DNA from: Clostridia bacterium | GTDB lineage: Bacteria; Bacillota; Clostridia; Monoglobales; Monoglobaceae | Length of the DNA stretch: 64,000 bases | NCBI GenBank assembly: GCA_045578465.1 | Contig: JAZNKJ010000009.1 | Span: forward strand, 14,881 to 78,880 | Direction: 5' to 3' | Part shown: positions 1-10,834 of the stretch, piece after piece | Layout of the letters: the number at the start of each line of letters is the position of its first letter | Position numbering within the stretch: position 1 is the stretch's first letter | Program-made: the position numbers and the translations under genes | The notes under the pieces: model-generated | What the model was told of the DNA's origin: nothing | What the model saw: the letters and a program-made list of their open reading frames with translations, nothing else | The model's database searches: none

Positions 1-74
1 AAGGCTCACAACCGTTTCTGCCCACAATCTTATGAATGAAACCAATGTAAGAGGGCAAAAGAGGAAGGACAGCG

Positions 75-1064
75 TTGATAAAATTGCCGCTGCCTTTATA
101 TTGCAATCCTATCTTGACAGTCAGAGAAATGCCTGAAAGTCCCTTTTTATATTCAAGCGACAACAAGCGTTATCACACCCTGAATTATTATCTTCAAAAT
201 AAATTTGGAAAACGAGTTATGCGTGCTTCTTTGGATGCAGGTTTTTCCTGCCCTAACATTGGCGGGAGATGCGCCATTGGCGGATGCACTTACTGCACTA
301 GCGGAGCTTCTGAATTTACCGAAAAGGGAAGCATCACCGCTCAGATGAAAAAGGAAGAGGAGCGTATTTTTAAAAAATTTGGAGAAACTCCTCTAATTGC
401 ATATTTTCAAGCCCATTCAAACACCTATGCCCCTCTTGAAATTTTAAAAGAAAAGTATGAAGAAGCATTATCTTTTCCCTCGGTTATAGGAATAAGCATT
501 GCAACCCGAAGCGATTGCCTTGAAAAAGAGAAGATTGACTATCTTAAAGAGCTTTCAGAGACAACTTTTCTTTCCGTTGAGCTTGGCCTTCAAACCGTTT
601 CGGACAAAACGGCGGAAAAATGCAACCGAGGTCATAATTTTGATACCTTTCTTGACGCCTTTAACCGTCTTAAAGAGGCAAAAATAAGAACCTCTGTCCA
701 TATTATAAACGGCCTTTATGATGAAACAAAGGAAGATATGATAAACACCGCCAGAGTTTTAGGGAAACTCCGCCCTGACGGAGTTAAAATTCATCTTCTT
801 CATATTATGAAAAATACTTTTATGGAAAAAGAACTGGAAAATGGAATAATTACCCCTATGACATATGAAGATTATATAGAAACAGTCTGCACACAACTTC
901 GCTATCTTCCGAAAGAGACTGTTATTGAGAGAATAACAGGGGACGGCTCAAAGGAAAATCTTATTGCCCCAAAATGGAGCATTGACAAAATCAAAGTTTT
1001 GGGCGGAATTGATAAATATATGGCAGAAAATAACTTTTGCCAGGGAGATTTATTTAATATTTAA
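75..1064 (+). CDS. radical SAM protein, TIGR01212/YtqA-like family
   Basis: 329-aa ORF with family-typical N-terminus (YHTLNYYLQNKFGKRV..LDAGFSCPN) and a Cys cluster (CAIGGCTYC). The TTG start at 75 is preceded by GAGGAAGGA. An ATG at 129 is an alternative start. Confidence 0.8.
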   Translation: MIKLPLPLYCNPILTVREMPESPFLYSSDNKRYHTLNYYLQNKFGKRVMRASLDAGFSCPNIGGRCAIGGCTYCTSGASEFTEKGSITAQMKKEEERIFKKFGETPLIAYFQAHSNTYAPLEILKEKYEEALSFPSVIGISIATRSDCLEKEKIDYLKELSETTFLSVELGLQTVSDKTAEKCNRGHNFDTFLDAFNRLKEAKIRTSVHIINGLYDETKEDMINTARVLGKLRPDGVKIHLLHIMKNTFMEKELENGIITPMTYEDYIETVCTQLRYLPKETVIERITGDGSKENLIAPKWSIDKIKVLGGIDKYMAENNFCQGDLFNI

Positions 1065-1072
1065 AAAAAGAC

Positions 1073-1101
1073 TTGCAAAAAACACTTTTCTGTGTTAGAA
1101 T
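1073..1101 (+). promoter_or_regulatory. sigma-A type promoter for tRNA-Leu(CAA)
   Basis: TTGCAA (1073..1078), 17-nt spacer, TGtTAGAAT extended -10 (TAGAAT 1096..1101), about 13 nt upstream of the tRNA 5' end. Confidence 0.5.
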
Positions 1102-1114
1102 AGATTTTGCATTA

Positions 1115-1201
1115 GCCGGTGTGGTGGAATTGGCAGACGCGCTGGACTCAAAATCCTGTGGTAGAAATACCGTATCGGTTCGACCCCGATCACCGGCACC
1201 A
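1115..1201 (+). tRNA. tRNA-Leu (anticodon CAA), encoded CCA
   Basis: Manual cloverleaf. Acceptor GCCGGTG/CACCGGC. Anticodon loop CTCAAAA gives CAA. Long variable arm (GGTA..TACC). T arm ATCGG-TTCGACC-CCGAT. Discriminator A plus CCA. One U-U mismatch at 28:42 in the anticodon stem. Confidence 0.9.
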
Positions 1202-1202
1202 G

Positions 1203-1239
1203 AAAAGACAAGAAGAAACTTCTTGTCTTTTTATTTTTT
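1203..1239 (+). terminator. intrinsic terminator after tRNA-Leu
   Basis: 13-bp stem AAAAGACAAGAAG/CTTCTTGTCTTTT with a 3-nt loop, followed by a T-run. Confidence 0.7.
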
Positions 1240-1240
1240 C

Positions 1241-1277
1241 AAAACTAAAAAGGAGCAGAAAATCTGCTCCTTTTTTT
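1241..1277 (-). terminator. hairpin terminator downstream of gyrB
   Basis: Stem AGGAGCAG/CTGCTCCT flanked by A/T runs on both sides, located just after the gyrB stop at 1279. Confidence 0.6.
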
Positions 1278-1278
1278 A

Positions 1279-3213
<1,935 letters not shown>

Positions 3214-3217
3214 TCAA

Positions 3218-3481
3218 TTATAGATAACTAAGTTTCTTCCGAACTCTGCCGGAAAGAGCCTTTGTTGAAATATTTGTAATATAAATAACCGATTGGCCGT
3301 CTTTTTCGCAAATTATAAAGGATTTTGGAATTTCCTCAGAAACATTTTTAACAAATCCTTCTTCCGTGGAAATTTTTAGAAATTCTTTACTGTATTTTGA
3401 AATTGACGAGCTTTCAAGGTCCATCATTGCAATTATATCATCAGTGTTAACAACTGTGTCGCGACCTAAATGAAGATACAT
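3218..3481 (-). CDS. remB: DUF370 / RemB-like small protein
   Basis: 87-aa ORF in the conserved slot between recF and gyrB. N-terminus MYLHLGRDTVVNTDDIIAMMDL resembles RemA/RemB-family proteins. Confidence 0.7.
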   Translation of the reverse strand: MYLHLGRDTVVNTDDIIAMMDLESSSISKYSKEFLKISTEEGFVKNVSEEIPKSFIICEKDGQSVIYITNISTKALSGRVRKKLSYL

Positions 3482-4569
3482 TATAATGCCCTTCCTTCTT
3501 GGATTTTTATTTCTTTCGCATCTAAATTTTTAAATTTTTCCGCATCAGTGCAGGTTATTATAATCTGCATATCCTTTATTTTTGAAATTATATAGCTTTG
3601 TCTTTCTTCGTCAAGCTCACTCATTATATCATCCAGAAGAAGAACGGGATATTCTCCGATTTCTTCATAGATAAGATAAACCTCTGCTATTTTCTGAACT
3701 AAAGCAACTGTTTTTTGCTGTCCTGATGAGCCGAAAGTTTTAACATTTTTGCCGTTTATAAAATATTCAATATCATCTCTGTGACAGCCGATAAAAATTT
3801 CTTTTAAAAAGACTTCTTTTTTATAATTTCCTTCAAATTTTTCTTTAATTTTTTGTTTAATTATTTCATCATCAAATTCTTCAATAATGCCGAAATTACT
3901 GCTGTATTTTATTTCAATATTTTCTTTTTCTTTTGATATTTCAAGCTGAATTTTTTTCGCAATTTCTTCAATTTTTTTAATATATAAAAATCTGTATTTT
4001 ATAATCTCAAAACACAAAGAAATAAGCTTATCATTTAAAATATCAAGAGTGATTTTATCAACTATTTCGTTTTTAAGAAGCGCTGTTTTGCTTTCAATCG
4101 CCTTTTTATATTCACTAATATATGAAAAATATTTTTTATGAAGCTGACTTATTAAAATATCAAGATTTTTTCGTCTTGCCGATGGACCGCTTTTTATAAT
4201 ATTCATACACTCAGGCCCAAAATAACAAACATTAAATTTTCCAACCAGATCACTATTTTTCTTAACCTGAATTTCATTTATAAATACGCGCTTTTTGTTA
4301 TTTTTTTTAATAATTATTTCAGCTGAAATTTCTCTTTTTCCCCCTATAAAATCCATTTTTAAATTAGCTTCATTTTCGCCGAATTTTATAAGTTCTTCAT
4401 CGTGATAAGTCCTGTTTGACTTACCCATTGAAAAAAGATATATTCCCTCTAAAATATTAGTTTTTCCCTGAGCATTTTTTCCGTAAATTATATTAACTGA
4501 TGGAGAAAAATCAATTTTTTCGTTTTCATAATTACGAAAATTTTTAAGACTTATATTTTTAACTATCAT
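3481..4569 (-). CDS. recF: DNA replication/repair protein RecF
   Basis: 362-aa ORF with Walker A GKNAQGKTNILEGI, signature SSGQQKT and Walker B LLLDDIMSELD. Its ATG overlaps the dnaN TGA (ATGA). Confidence 0.93.
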   Translation of the reverse strand: MIVKNISLKNFRNYENEKIDFSPSVNIIYGKNAQGKTNILEGIYLFSMGKSNRTYHDEELIKFGENEANLKMDFIGGKREISAEIIIKKNNKKRVFINEIQVKKNSDLVGKFNVCYFGPECMNIIKSGPSARRKNLDILISQLHKKYFSYISEYKKAIESKTALLKNEIVDKITLDILNDKLISLCFEIIKYRFLYIKKIEEIAKKIQLEISKEKENIEIKYSSNFGIIEEFDDEIIKQKIKEKFEGNYKKEVFLKEIFIGCHRDDIEYFINGKNVKTFGSSGQQKTVALVQKIAEVYLIYEEIGEYPVLLLDDIMSELDEERQSYIISKIKDMQIIITCTDAEKFKNLDAKEIKIQEGRAL

Positions 4570-5666
4570 ATTTTAACAGGAAGAACTAAATAAATAAAAT
4601 CTTCATTATCAACAGGCGCAATAATTAAAGGTTCTTTACTTCCTTTAAGTTTAAGCATAACCTTATCTTCATCACAAGCTCTGAGCGCCTCTAAAATAAA
4701 GCTGCTGTTAAAGCCCATAATAATATCTTCCTCCCCTGTTGAAACATTAATATTATCATCAACGAAGCCAAGCGCTGTTTCGCATGAAACATTTATGTTA
4801 TCTCCGCCGATATGTATTTTAACAGGACATTTTGTTATATCATTTATAACAATTAAAGATGCTCTGTAAACACTGCTCATAAGCTCAGATACAGGACATT
4901 CAATATTATAAGGGAATTCTCTGTTTATAAGAGCCTCATAATTCATATATTCCCCTTCAATTAAGCGGGTAACAAGCTTATAGTTTTCATCAATGAAAAC
5001 AGCATGCTTTGAAGTTGAATTTATAAGAATTTTTTCATCTTCATCTTTTAAAAGCTTAGAAAGTTCAAGTAGTGCTTTTTCAGGAATAATAAACTTTTTC
5101 TTTTCACATTCTTCTTCAATTTCATATTTGCGGTATGCAAGACGATATCCGTCAAGAGCAACCATTTTTATCTCTTTTTTATCAATTTCCATTAAGCAAC
5201 CACGAAGAACAGGACGATCATCTTTTTTATAAACAGAGAAAACTGTTCTGTTTATCATATCTCGAAGCATATTTTTGCTTATTGAAATACTATAATCGTG
5301 ATTAATTATAGGAAGTTCAGGAAATTCAGATGGATTAAGACCCATAATTTCAAATTTTGCGTTTCCGCTTTTGATAGTTGTTAAAAATTTATCTCCAACC
5401 TCAATGCTAACAATATCAGAAGATAAATTTTTAATAATATTCATAAACATTTTTGCGTTTATAACAACTTGTCCTTCCTCTTTAACATCAGCTTCGAAGG
5501 AAGATTCAATCCCGATTTCAAGATCATTGGCAACGATTTCAATCCTGCCTGAATAAGCCTTAATTAAAAGGCCTTCCAAGACTGCCATAGAAGAATGAGT
5601 TGCAACAGCTTTTGAAACAATATTTAAGGTTTCATTCAAGATATTTTGAGAACATAAAAATTTCAT
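4566..5666 (-). CDS. dnaN: DNA polymerase III beta subunit (sliding clamp)
   Basis: 366-aa ORF with a typical three-domain clamp sequence (MKFLCSQNILNETLNIVSKAV.. ..LVLPVKI). Sits in the dnaN-recF context. Confidence 0.93.
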   Translation of the reverse strand: MKFLCSQNILNETLNIVSKAVATHSSMAVLEGLLIKAYSGRIEIVANDLEIGIESSFEADVKEEGQVVINAKMFMNIIKNLSSDIVSIEVGDKFLTTIKSGNAKFEIMGLNPSEFPELPIINHDYSISISKNMLRDMINRTVFSVYKKDDRPVLRGCLMEIDKKEIKMVALDGYRLAYRKYEIEEECEKKKFIIPEKALLELSKLLKDEDEKILINSTSKHAVFIDENYKLVTRLIEGEYMNYEALINREFPYNIECPVSELMSSVYRASLIVINDITKCPVKIHIGGDNINVSCETALGFVDDNINVSTGEEDIIMGFNSSFILEALRACDEDKVMLKLKGSKEPLIIAPVDNEDFIYLVLPVKI

Positions 5667-5997
5667 AACTTTAAACCTCTCTTTAATAATCTGTGCGTAC
5701 TTACATTATAACATATTGAAAACGAAAAATAAAGCATTTTTTTTGATTTTTTAAATAATATTTGATTTTTTTCTATAAAAATATAATAATTATAATATTT
5801 ATTTGGTGGCTGTTGTTGTAGGTCTTGTTTAAACTGTTGAAAAGGCTAAAAAAGCTTATAAAAAAGAGACATTTTTGCCTGACTAAAACTTGTTTATAAT
5901 CGTGTTTCATTATCAACAGTTTTAACAATGAAGTAAAAGTAAAAAATTTATACACATTTTTTCAGTTGTTAATTAACAAGTAAAATGTTAATAAGTC
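5667..5997. other. AT-rich non-coding region upstream of dnaN; candidate oriC remnant or half
   Basis: About 330 bp without a credible ORF. Extreme AT tract at 5721..5815. Two 8/9 DnaA-box matches in the same orientation: TTATCAACA at 5913..5921 and TTATACACA at 5951..5959. This is the position where the dnaA-dnaN intergenic origin element lies in other Firmicutes. Confidence 0.35.
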
Positions 5998-6026
5998 TTG
6001 ACAAAAAAAGAAAAATGATATATTAT
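5998..6026 (+). promoter_or_regulatory. sigma-A type promoter for ferredoxin gene
   Basis: Consensus TTGACA (5998..6003), 17-nt spacer, TATTAT (6021..6026). GAGGTG RBS lies before the ATG at 6066. Confidence 0.6.
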
Positions 6027-6065
6027 AACCTAGAAGGAAATATATTTTTAAAGAGGTGAAAATAA

Positions 6066-6236
6066 ATGGCTTTCATTATCAACGAAGAATGTATCAGCTG
6101 TGGTGTTTGCGCAAGCGAATGTCCTGTTGAATGTATTACAGAAGGCGCTGAAAGATATGAAATTGATGCAGATGCTTGCATTTCTTGCGGTAACTGTGCA
6201 ACAGTTTGTCCAGTAGGAGCTCCTGTAGAAGAGTAA
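6066..6236 (+). CDS. fdx: 2x[4Fe-4S] clostridial-type ferredoxin (56 aa)
   Basis: Not in the ORF track because it is under 60 aa. My translation is MAFIINEECISCGVCASECPVECITEGAERYEIDADACISCGNCATVCPVGAPVEE, with two CxxCxxCxxxCP motifs. It has a strong RBS, promoter and terminator. Confidence 0.9.
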   Translation: MAFIINEECISCGVCASECPVECITEGAERYEIDADACISCGNCATVCPVGAPVEE

Positions 6237-6242
6237 AAATTA

Positions 6243-6273
6243 TACCGGTGCTGAATGCACCGGTAATTTTTTT
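6243..6273 (+). terminator. intrinsic terminator after ferredoxin gene
   Basis: Stem TACCGGTGC/GCACCGGTA, loop TGAAT, then a T7 run. Confidence 0.75.
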
Positions 6274-6286
6274 ATGAGGAAAAATT

Positions 6287-6982
6287 ATGAACAGAGATTT
6301 ATTTATAGATTGCATAGAGAAGTTTGGTGGAGAAATTTCTGAAGAAAAACTAAATCAATTTGAAAAGTTTTCATCTCTTTTGGTAGAATGGAACGAAAAA
6401 ATGAATTTAACTGCAATAACTGATCCTAACGGCATTTCCGTCCGTCATTTTGCGGATAGTATTTCTCCTCTTTTTTATGCTGAAATAAAGGAAAATGCAA
6501 AAATTATAGATGTTGGAACAGGGGCAGGTTTTCCCGGAGTTCCGCTCAAAATTATGCGCCCTGATTTAGAAATAACCTTAATGGATTCTCTTAATAAAAG
6601 AATAACATTTTTAAAGGAAGTCAGGGAACAAATCGGCCTTGAAAAAACAGAATGTGTTCACGCAAGAGCCGAAGAATTCGGACGAAAAGAAGAATATCGT
6701 GAAAAATATGATATTGGGGTGTCCCGCGCTGTTGCATCGCTCAAAGTTTTAGCTGAATATGTCCTTCCGTTTATTAAAGTTGGCGGATATTTTATATCTA
6801 TGAAGGCTTTTGAAATAGAGGAAGAGGTTAATGAGGCAAAAGAGAAGATAAAACTCTTAGGCGGAAAAATCGAAGAAATAAAGGAAATTGAAATTCCAAA
6901 CTCAGACGCAGTAAGAAAATTAGTTATAATCAAAAAAATCTCAAAAACTGATAAAAAATACCCAGGAAGAAAGATAAAATAA
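6287..6982 (+). CDS. rsmG: 16S rRNA (guanine527-N7)-methyltransferase RsmG (GidB)
   Basis: 231-aa ORF with family-typical LLVEWNEKMNLTAITDP..RHFADS and the SAM motif IDVGTGAGFPGVPLKI. Confidence 0.9.
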   Translation: MNRDLFIDCIEKFGGEISEEKLNQFEKFSSLLVEWNEKMNLTAITDPNGISVRHFADSISPLFYAEIKENAKIIDVGTGAGFPGVPLKIMRPDLEITLMDSLNKRITFLKEVREQIGLEKTECVHARAEEFGRKEEYREKYDIGVSRAVASLKVLAEYVLPFIKVGGYFISMKAFEIEEEVNEAKEKIKLLGGKIEEIKEIEIPNSDAVRKLVIIKKISKTDKKYPGRKIK

Positions 6983-7003
6983 TTATGAAGGGATGTTTTT
7001 TAT

Positions 7004-7171
7004 ATGAAGTTGATGAATTTTATATTTAGTTTTATTTTGTTAATAATATTGATTATAATTTTATTTTTTTTATTAGTTTGCTCACCAATTATAGGAGGAA
7101 TAATTTTACTATTGAGTGGAATTTTTGGATTATTATTCGGAATATTTTTATTGATACATAGAAGAAAATAA
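7004..7171 (+). CDS. hypothetical small hydrophobic peptide (55 aa, 2 predicted TM)
   Basis: Unlisted ORF MKLMNFIFSFILLIILIIILFFLLVCSPIIGGIILLLSGIFGLLFGIFLLIHRRK. GAAGGGA lies 9 nt upstream and a hairpin terminator follows. It could also be a chance ORF in AT-rich DNA. Confidence 0.35.
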   Translation: MKLMNFIFSFILLIILIIILFFLLVCSPIIGGIILLLSGIFGLLFGIFLLIHRRK

Positions 7172-7197
7172 GGAGATGCAAAAGCATCTCCTTTTTA
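7171..7197. terminator. bidirectional hairpin between the small ORF and serS
   Basis: Stem AGGAGATGC/GCATCTCCT, loop AAAA, T-run on the plus strand and an A-rich run on the other side. serS stops at 7201. Confidence 0.65.
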
Positions 7198-7200
7198 ATT

Positions 7201-8478
7201 TTATTTTTCAATTTTTTCCATTCCGCCAAGATATGGTCTTAAAACCTCAGGAATTGTGATACTTCCGTCTGCGTTCTGGTAGTTTTCAAGTATTGCGGCA
7301 ACTGTTCTACCGATTGCAACGCCTGAGCCGTTTAATGTATGAACAAGCTGTGCTTTATCCTTTGGAGAATTCTTATATTTGATGTTGGCACGGCGGGCTT
7401 GGAAGTCTTCAAAGTTAGAGCAAGAAGAAATTTCAACAAATCTTCCGTAGCTTGGCATCCAAACCTCAATATCATATTTGAGTGCTGCTGTAAAGCCTAA
7501 ATCTCCGATACAGATTTTAACAACACGGTATGGGATTTTTAAGAGCTTTAATACGGATTCTGCATCTGCTACAAGCTTTTCAAGTTCAGCATAAGATTCT
7601 TCCGGTTTTGTAAATTTAACAAGCTCAACCTTATTGAACTGGTGCTGACGGATAAGACCTCTTGTGTCACGGCCTGCGCTGCCTGCCTCGGCTCTGAAAC
7701 ATGCTGTATATGCACAATATTTAATAGGAAGCTCATTTCCGTCTAAAATTTCGTCTCTGTGCATATTTGTTACAGGAACTTCGGCGGTTGGAACTAAGAA
7801 ATAGTCAGTATTTGAAACTTTAAATGCGTCTTCTTCAAATTTTGGAAGCTGACCTGTTCCGATCATACTGTTTCTATGCACCATAAATGGCGGGAAAATC
7901 TCAGTATAGCCGTTTTGTCTTGTATGTGTATCAAGATAGAAGTTGATAACCGCTCTTTCTAAGGCAGCACCCTTATCTTTATAAACGGTAAAGCGTGTTC
8001 CTGTGATTTTTGCGGCAGTTGCAGCGTCTAAAATGCCTAAATCTTCGCCCAAATCCCAGTGTGCTTTTGGCTCAAAATCAAACTTAGTAGGTTCTAAATA
8101 GCGTCTTACCTCAACATTATCCTCGTCAGTATCCCCTTCCGGAACAGACTCGTTTGCGATGTTTGGAATTGTATACATAATTGTCTGGATTTTCTCATCC
8201 AAGTCACGAACTTTATCGTCACATTTCTTGATTTCATCAGATAATTCCTTCATCTCCGCAAAGATTGGGGCAGTGTCTTTTCCCTCTTTTTTAAGGGCAG
8301 GAATCTGCTTGGAAACCTCGTTCTGCTTGCTCTTCATCTGCTCAACAGTATAAAGAATTTCTCTTCTTTCTTTATCAAGAGCGAGGAGGCCGTCAACATC
8401 AACGCGTGTTTCCTTTCTTCTTTCCAGAGCTTTAATAAGTTTTTCAGGTTCATTTCTTAAAATTTTAATGTCAATCAT
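7201..8478 (-). CDS. serS: serine--tRNA ligase
   Basis: 425-aa ORF with an N-terminal coiled-coil arm and class II core motifs ([39 protein letters not shown]). Confidence 0.96.
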   Translation of the reverse strand: MIDIKILRNEPEKLIKALERRKETRVDVDGLLALDKERREILYTVEQMKSKQNEVSKQIPALKKEGKDTAPIFAEMKELSDEIKKCDDKVRDLDEKIQTIMYTIPNIANESVPEGDTDEDNVEVRRYLEPTKFDFEPKAHWDLGEDLGILDAATAAKITGTRFTVYKDKGAALERAVINFYLDTHTRQNGYTEIFPPFMVHRNSMIGTGQLPKFEEDAFKVSNTDYFLVPTAEVPVTNMHRDEILDGNELPIKYCAYTACFRAEAGSAGRDTRGLIRQHQFNKVELVKFTKPEESYAELEKLVADAESVLKLLKIPYRVVKICIGDLGFTAALKYDIEVWMPSYGRFVEISSCSNFEDFQARRANIKYKNSPKDKAQLVHTLNGSGVAIGRTVAAILENYQNADGSITIPEVLRPYLGGMEKIEK

Positions 8479-8493
8479 TCTTTTTTCTCCTTT

Positions 8494-8925
8494 TTACTTG
8501 GCGTTTATATTAAGTTCACGGCAAAGACTTTCATAAAAAGAGAGAGCCGTAAAATCAAATCCGTTTGTATTTATTTTTAAAAGTTCTTTTTTTGCGTCCT
8601 CGATTTTTCCTTCCTTAATTAAAAGGCTTATGTCGGAAAGGTCAATCATGGATTGCTGATAAGTTATAAGACTGCCTTTTTCCGAGGAAGTCGCTGAGCT
8701 TTTCAAAAGATTAATTTCATCTTCCAATTCTTCAATTTCTTCGGAAAGTTTTTTGTTCTCTTTATTGAGCTTTGCATTTTGCTCTGCAAGACTCTCTATC
8801 CGATTTTCAATTTTAACAGAGCTTTCGCTTCGGTCTTCACAAAGCCAGAAGAAAAAGACGAGAGCTAAAACAACAAAACACAACAAAATGAGGGTTATAA
8901 AAAGTTTCTTGTCTTTTTTTATCAT
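8494..8925 (-). CDS. hypothetical membrane-anchored coiled-coil protein
   Basis: 143-aa ORF with an N-terminal TM (LFITLILLCFVVLALVFFFW) followed by a heptad-rich segment. It sits between parB and serS. It may correspond to the small TM/coiled-coil proteins often found after parB in Clostridia, but I did not recognise it with certainty. Confidence 0.5.
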   Translation of the reverse strand: MIKKDKKLFITLILLCFVVLALVFFFWLCEDRSESSVKIENRIESLAEQNAKLNKENKKLSEEIEELEDEINLLKSSATSSEKGSLITYQQSMIDLSDISLLIKEGKIEDAKKELLKINTNGFDFTALSFYESLCRELNINAK

Positions 8926-9085
8926 TTTTTTGTCCTCCTTTTAAGTCCTCTCTAAAATATCCAAAAAAACGGGGTTTTAAAAGGTTTTAGGGTTTAAAAC
9001 GAGAAATCACACTAAGATATTCTCAAAAATCGTTTTAAAGGGCAATTTTAGAGGCGCATTTTTCGGGGTTTGGTTTACATAACAA

Positions 9086-9973
9086 TCATTTTTTAAATTC
9101 GAACAAAAGGCGTTCAAAATCTTCGGAGCTGTAAAATTCAAACTCGATTTTCCCCTTATTTTTGCCTGAGGAAATTTTTACCTTTGTCTTAAAAATATCT
9201 CCAAGTTGCTTTTCAACATTTTTATAAGAGGGAGAAATTTTTGGTTGGGCTTTCTTCGGCTTCTTATTTAAAAGGGAAGAAACCAGAGCTTCTGTCTGGC
9301 GAACACTTAAATCTTCTTTTATAATTCTCTCTGCGATTTCCAGCTGAAGAATATTGTCTTCAACGGGAAGAAGCGTTCTTGCGTGGCCCTGAGAAAGTTT
9401 TTTCTCCTGAACCATCTTTTTGATTTCAGAAGAAAGGTTGTTAAGACGGAGCGCGTTGGCAACAGCGCTACGGCTTTTACCCACTTTTTCAGCAATCTGC
9501 TCCTGATTTAAGGAGAAGGCTTCCATAAGTTTTTTATAGCCTTCGGCCTCTTCGATTGGGTTTAAATCCTCTCTTTGAAGATTTTCGATTAAAGCAACTT
9601 CCATAACTTCTTCGGAGGAATAATCCTTGATAATACAAGGAATTTCTTTAAGTCCTGCAAGCTTTGAGGCTCTCCATCTGCGCTCTCCGGCGATGATTAT
9701 ATACATTCCGTTTTCTGATTTTCGAACTAAAATCGGAGAAACAACGCCGTGAGTTTTAATGGATTCTGAAAGGGCTGTGAGGGCTTCTTTATCAAAATTC
9801 TTTCTCGGTTGGTCAGGGTTTGGCTCAACATCAATTATTTTAAGAGAAACAACGCTCTCTTTTGAATTTTCCTCGTTTTTTATAAGCTCTACTGCAGTAG
9901 TTTTGTCTTCCACATCAGTAAACAAAGCGCCAAGACCTTTTCCAAGGCCTCTTTTTTGTTTTGCTTTTTCCAT
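9086..9973 (-). CDS. parB: chromosome partitioning protein ParB/Spo0J
   Basis: 295-aa ORF with the ParB box (GVVSPILVR..IIAGERRWRASKLAG) and an HTH (QEQIAEKVGKSRSAVANALRL). TGA stop falls at the expected C-terminus. Confidence 0.93.
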   Translation of the reverse strand: MEKAKQKRGLGKGLGALFTDVEDKTTAVELIKNEENSKESVVSLKIIDVEPNPDQPRKNFDKEALTALSESIKTHGVVSPILVRKSENGMYIIIAGERRWRASKLAGLKEIPCIIKDYSSEEVMEVALIENLQREDLNPIEEAEGYKKLMEAFSLNQEQIAEKVGKSRSAVANALRLNNLSSEIKKMVQEKKLSQGHARTLLPVEDNILQLEIAERIIKEDLSVRQTEALVSSLLNKKPKKAQPKISPSYKNVEKQLGDIFKTKVKISSGKNKGKIEFEFYSSEDFERLLFEFKK

Positions 9974-9982
9974 AATAAACTC

Positions 9983-10747
9983 CTATCTGTTATTATCTAT
10001 AACTTCCTGAGCAAGTTCCATATAGCTTTCGGCACCTCTGGAATTTTTATCGTAAACTATAATAGGCTGACCAAAGCTGGGGGCCTCGGCAAGACGGACG
10101 CTTCTCGGGATAATAGAGCCATAAACCTTTTTCCCGAAAAAACGCTTAACTTCTTCGACAACCTGAATTGAAAGGTTTGTTCTGGCGTCAAACATTGTAA
10201 GGAGAACGCCCTCGATGTCAAGAGGCGGATTAATGCCCTTCTTTATTATTCTTATGGTGTTTGTAAGCTGGCTTAACCCCTCTAATGCGTAATATTCGCA
10301 CTGAATTGGGACTAAAATGGTGTCTGCCGCTGCAAAAGAGTTAAGAGTTATAAGACCAAGAGACGGCGGACAGTCAATTATAATAAAGTCAAAGTCGTCT
10401 TTAACCTCGCTTATTGCCTTTTTAAGCAGGAATTCGCGGTCAGCTTTGCCTACGAGTTCAAGCTCTGCGCCCGCAAGGTCGATATTGGACGGGCAAATCC
10501 AGAGGTTATCAAACTCGGTTTTAACCATGGCCTCGCTCATGGGCATATCATTTATAATACAGTCATATACGGAAGAACTGAGGTTTCTCGGGTCAAGGCC
10601 AAGACCACTTGTGGTATTTCCCTGCGGGTCAATGTCAACTATAAGGGTTTTTCTGTTTTTTGCCCCAAGACAGGCGCTTAAATTAACGGCAGTGGTAGTC
10701 TTTCCGACTCCGCCCTTCTGGTTGCCGATAGCAATTGTCTTACCCAT
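9983..10747 (-). CDS. parA: ParA/Soj family ATPase
   Basis: 254-aa ORF with the deviant Walker A NQKGGVGKTTTAVNL. Sits immediately upstream of parB. Confidence 0.93.
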   Translation of the reverse strand: MGKTIAIGNQKGGVGKTTTAVNLSACLGAKNRKTLIVDIDPQGNTTSGLGLDPRNLSSSVYDCIINDMPMSEAMVKTEFDNLWICPSNIDLAGAELELVGKADREFLLKKAISEVKDDFDFIIIDCPPSLGLITLNSFAAADTILVPIQCEYYALEGLSQLTNTIRIIKKGINPPLDIEGVLLTMFDARTNLSIQVVEEVKRFFGKKVYGSIIPRSVRLAEAPSFGQPIIVYDKNSRGAESYMELAQEVIDNNR

Positions 10748-10834
10748 AATTCCTCCAAAATAGTTTGATTTTCTTCCTTTTATTATAGCACAAATAGAAA
10801 ATAATACAATAGTTTTAATGCAAAAAACTCAAAA

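Noticed and set aside
5773-5955. A 60-aa ORF in the dnaN upstream gap.
   Set aside because: It is an extremely AT-rich, low-complexity translation (..NIIIIIFL) with no RBS, and it overlaps the DUE-like tract. A chance ORF.
3218-7200. A low-GC block (remB, recF, dnaN, rsmG at roughly 27-33% GC by spot counts) next to gyrB and serS at about 45%, suggesting horizontal replacement of the replication genes.
   Set aside because: Other presumably low-expression or membrane genes in the window (the EEP gene, cdsA, the sigma-like cassette) show similarly low GC in spot counts. The contrast probably reflects expression-linked codon bias rather than foreign origin. A proper window and codon-usage calculation is needed.
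8479-9085. A T-box leader for serS.
   Set aside because: serS starts 15 nt after the preceding ORF. The 160-nt gap upstream of that ORF has no specifier-loop or T-box (AGGGTGGNACCGCG-like) sequence and no terminator/antiterminator pair.
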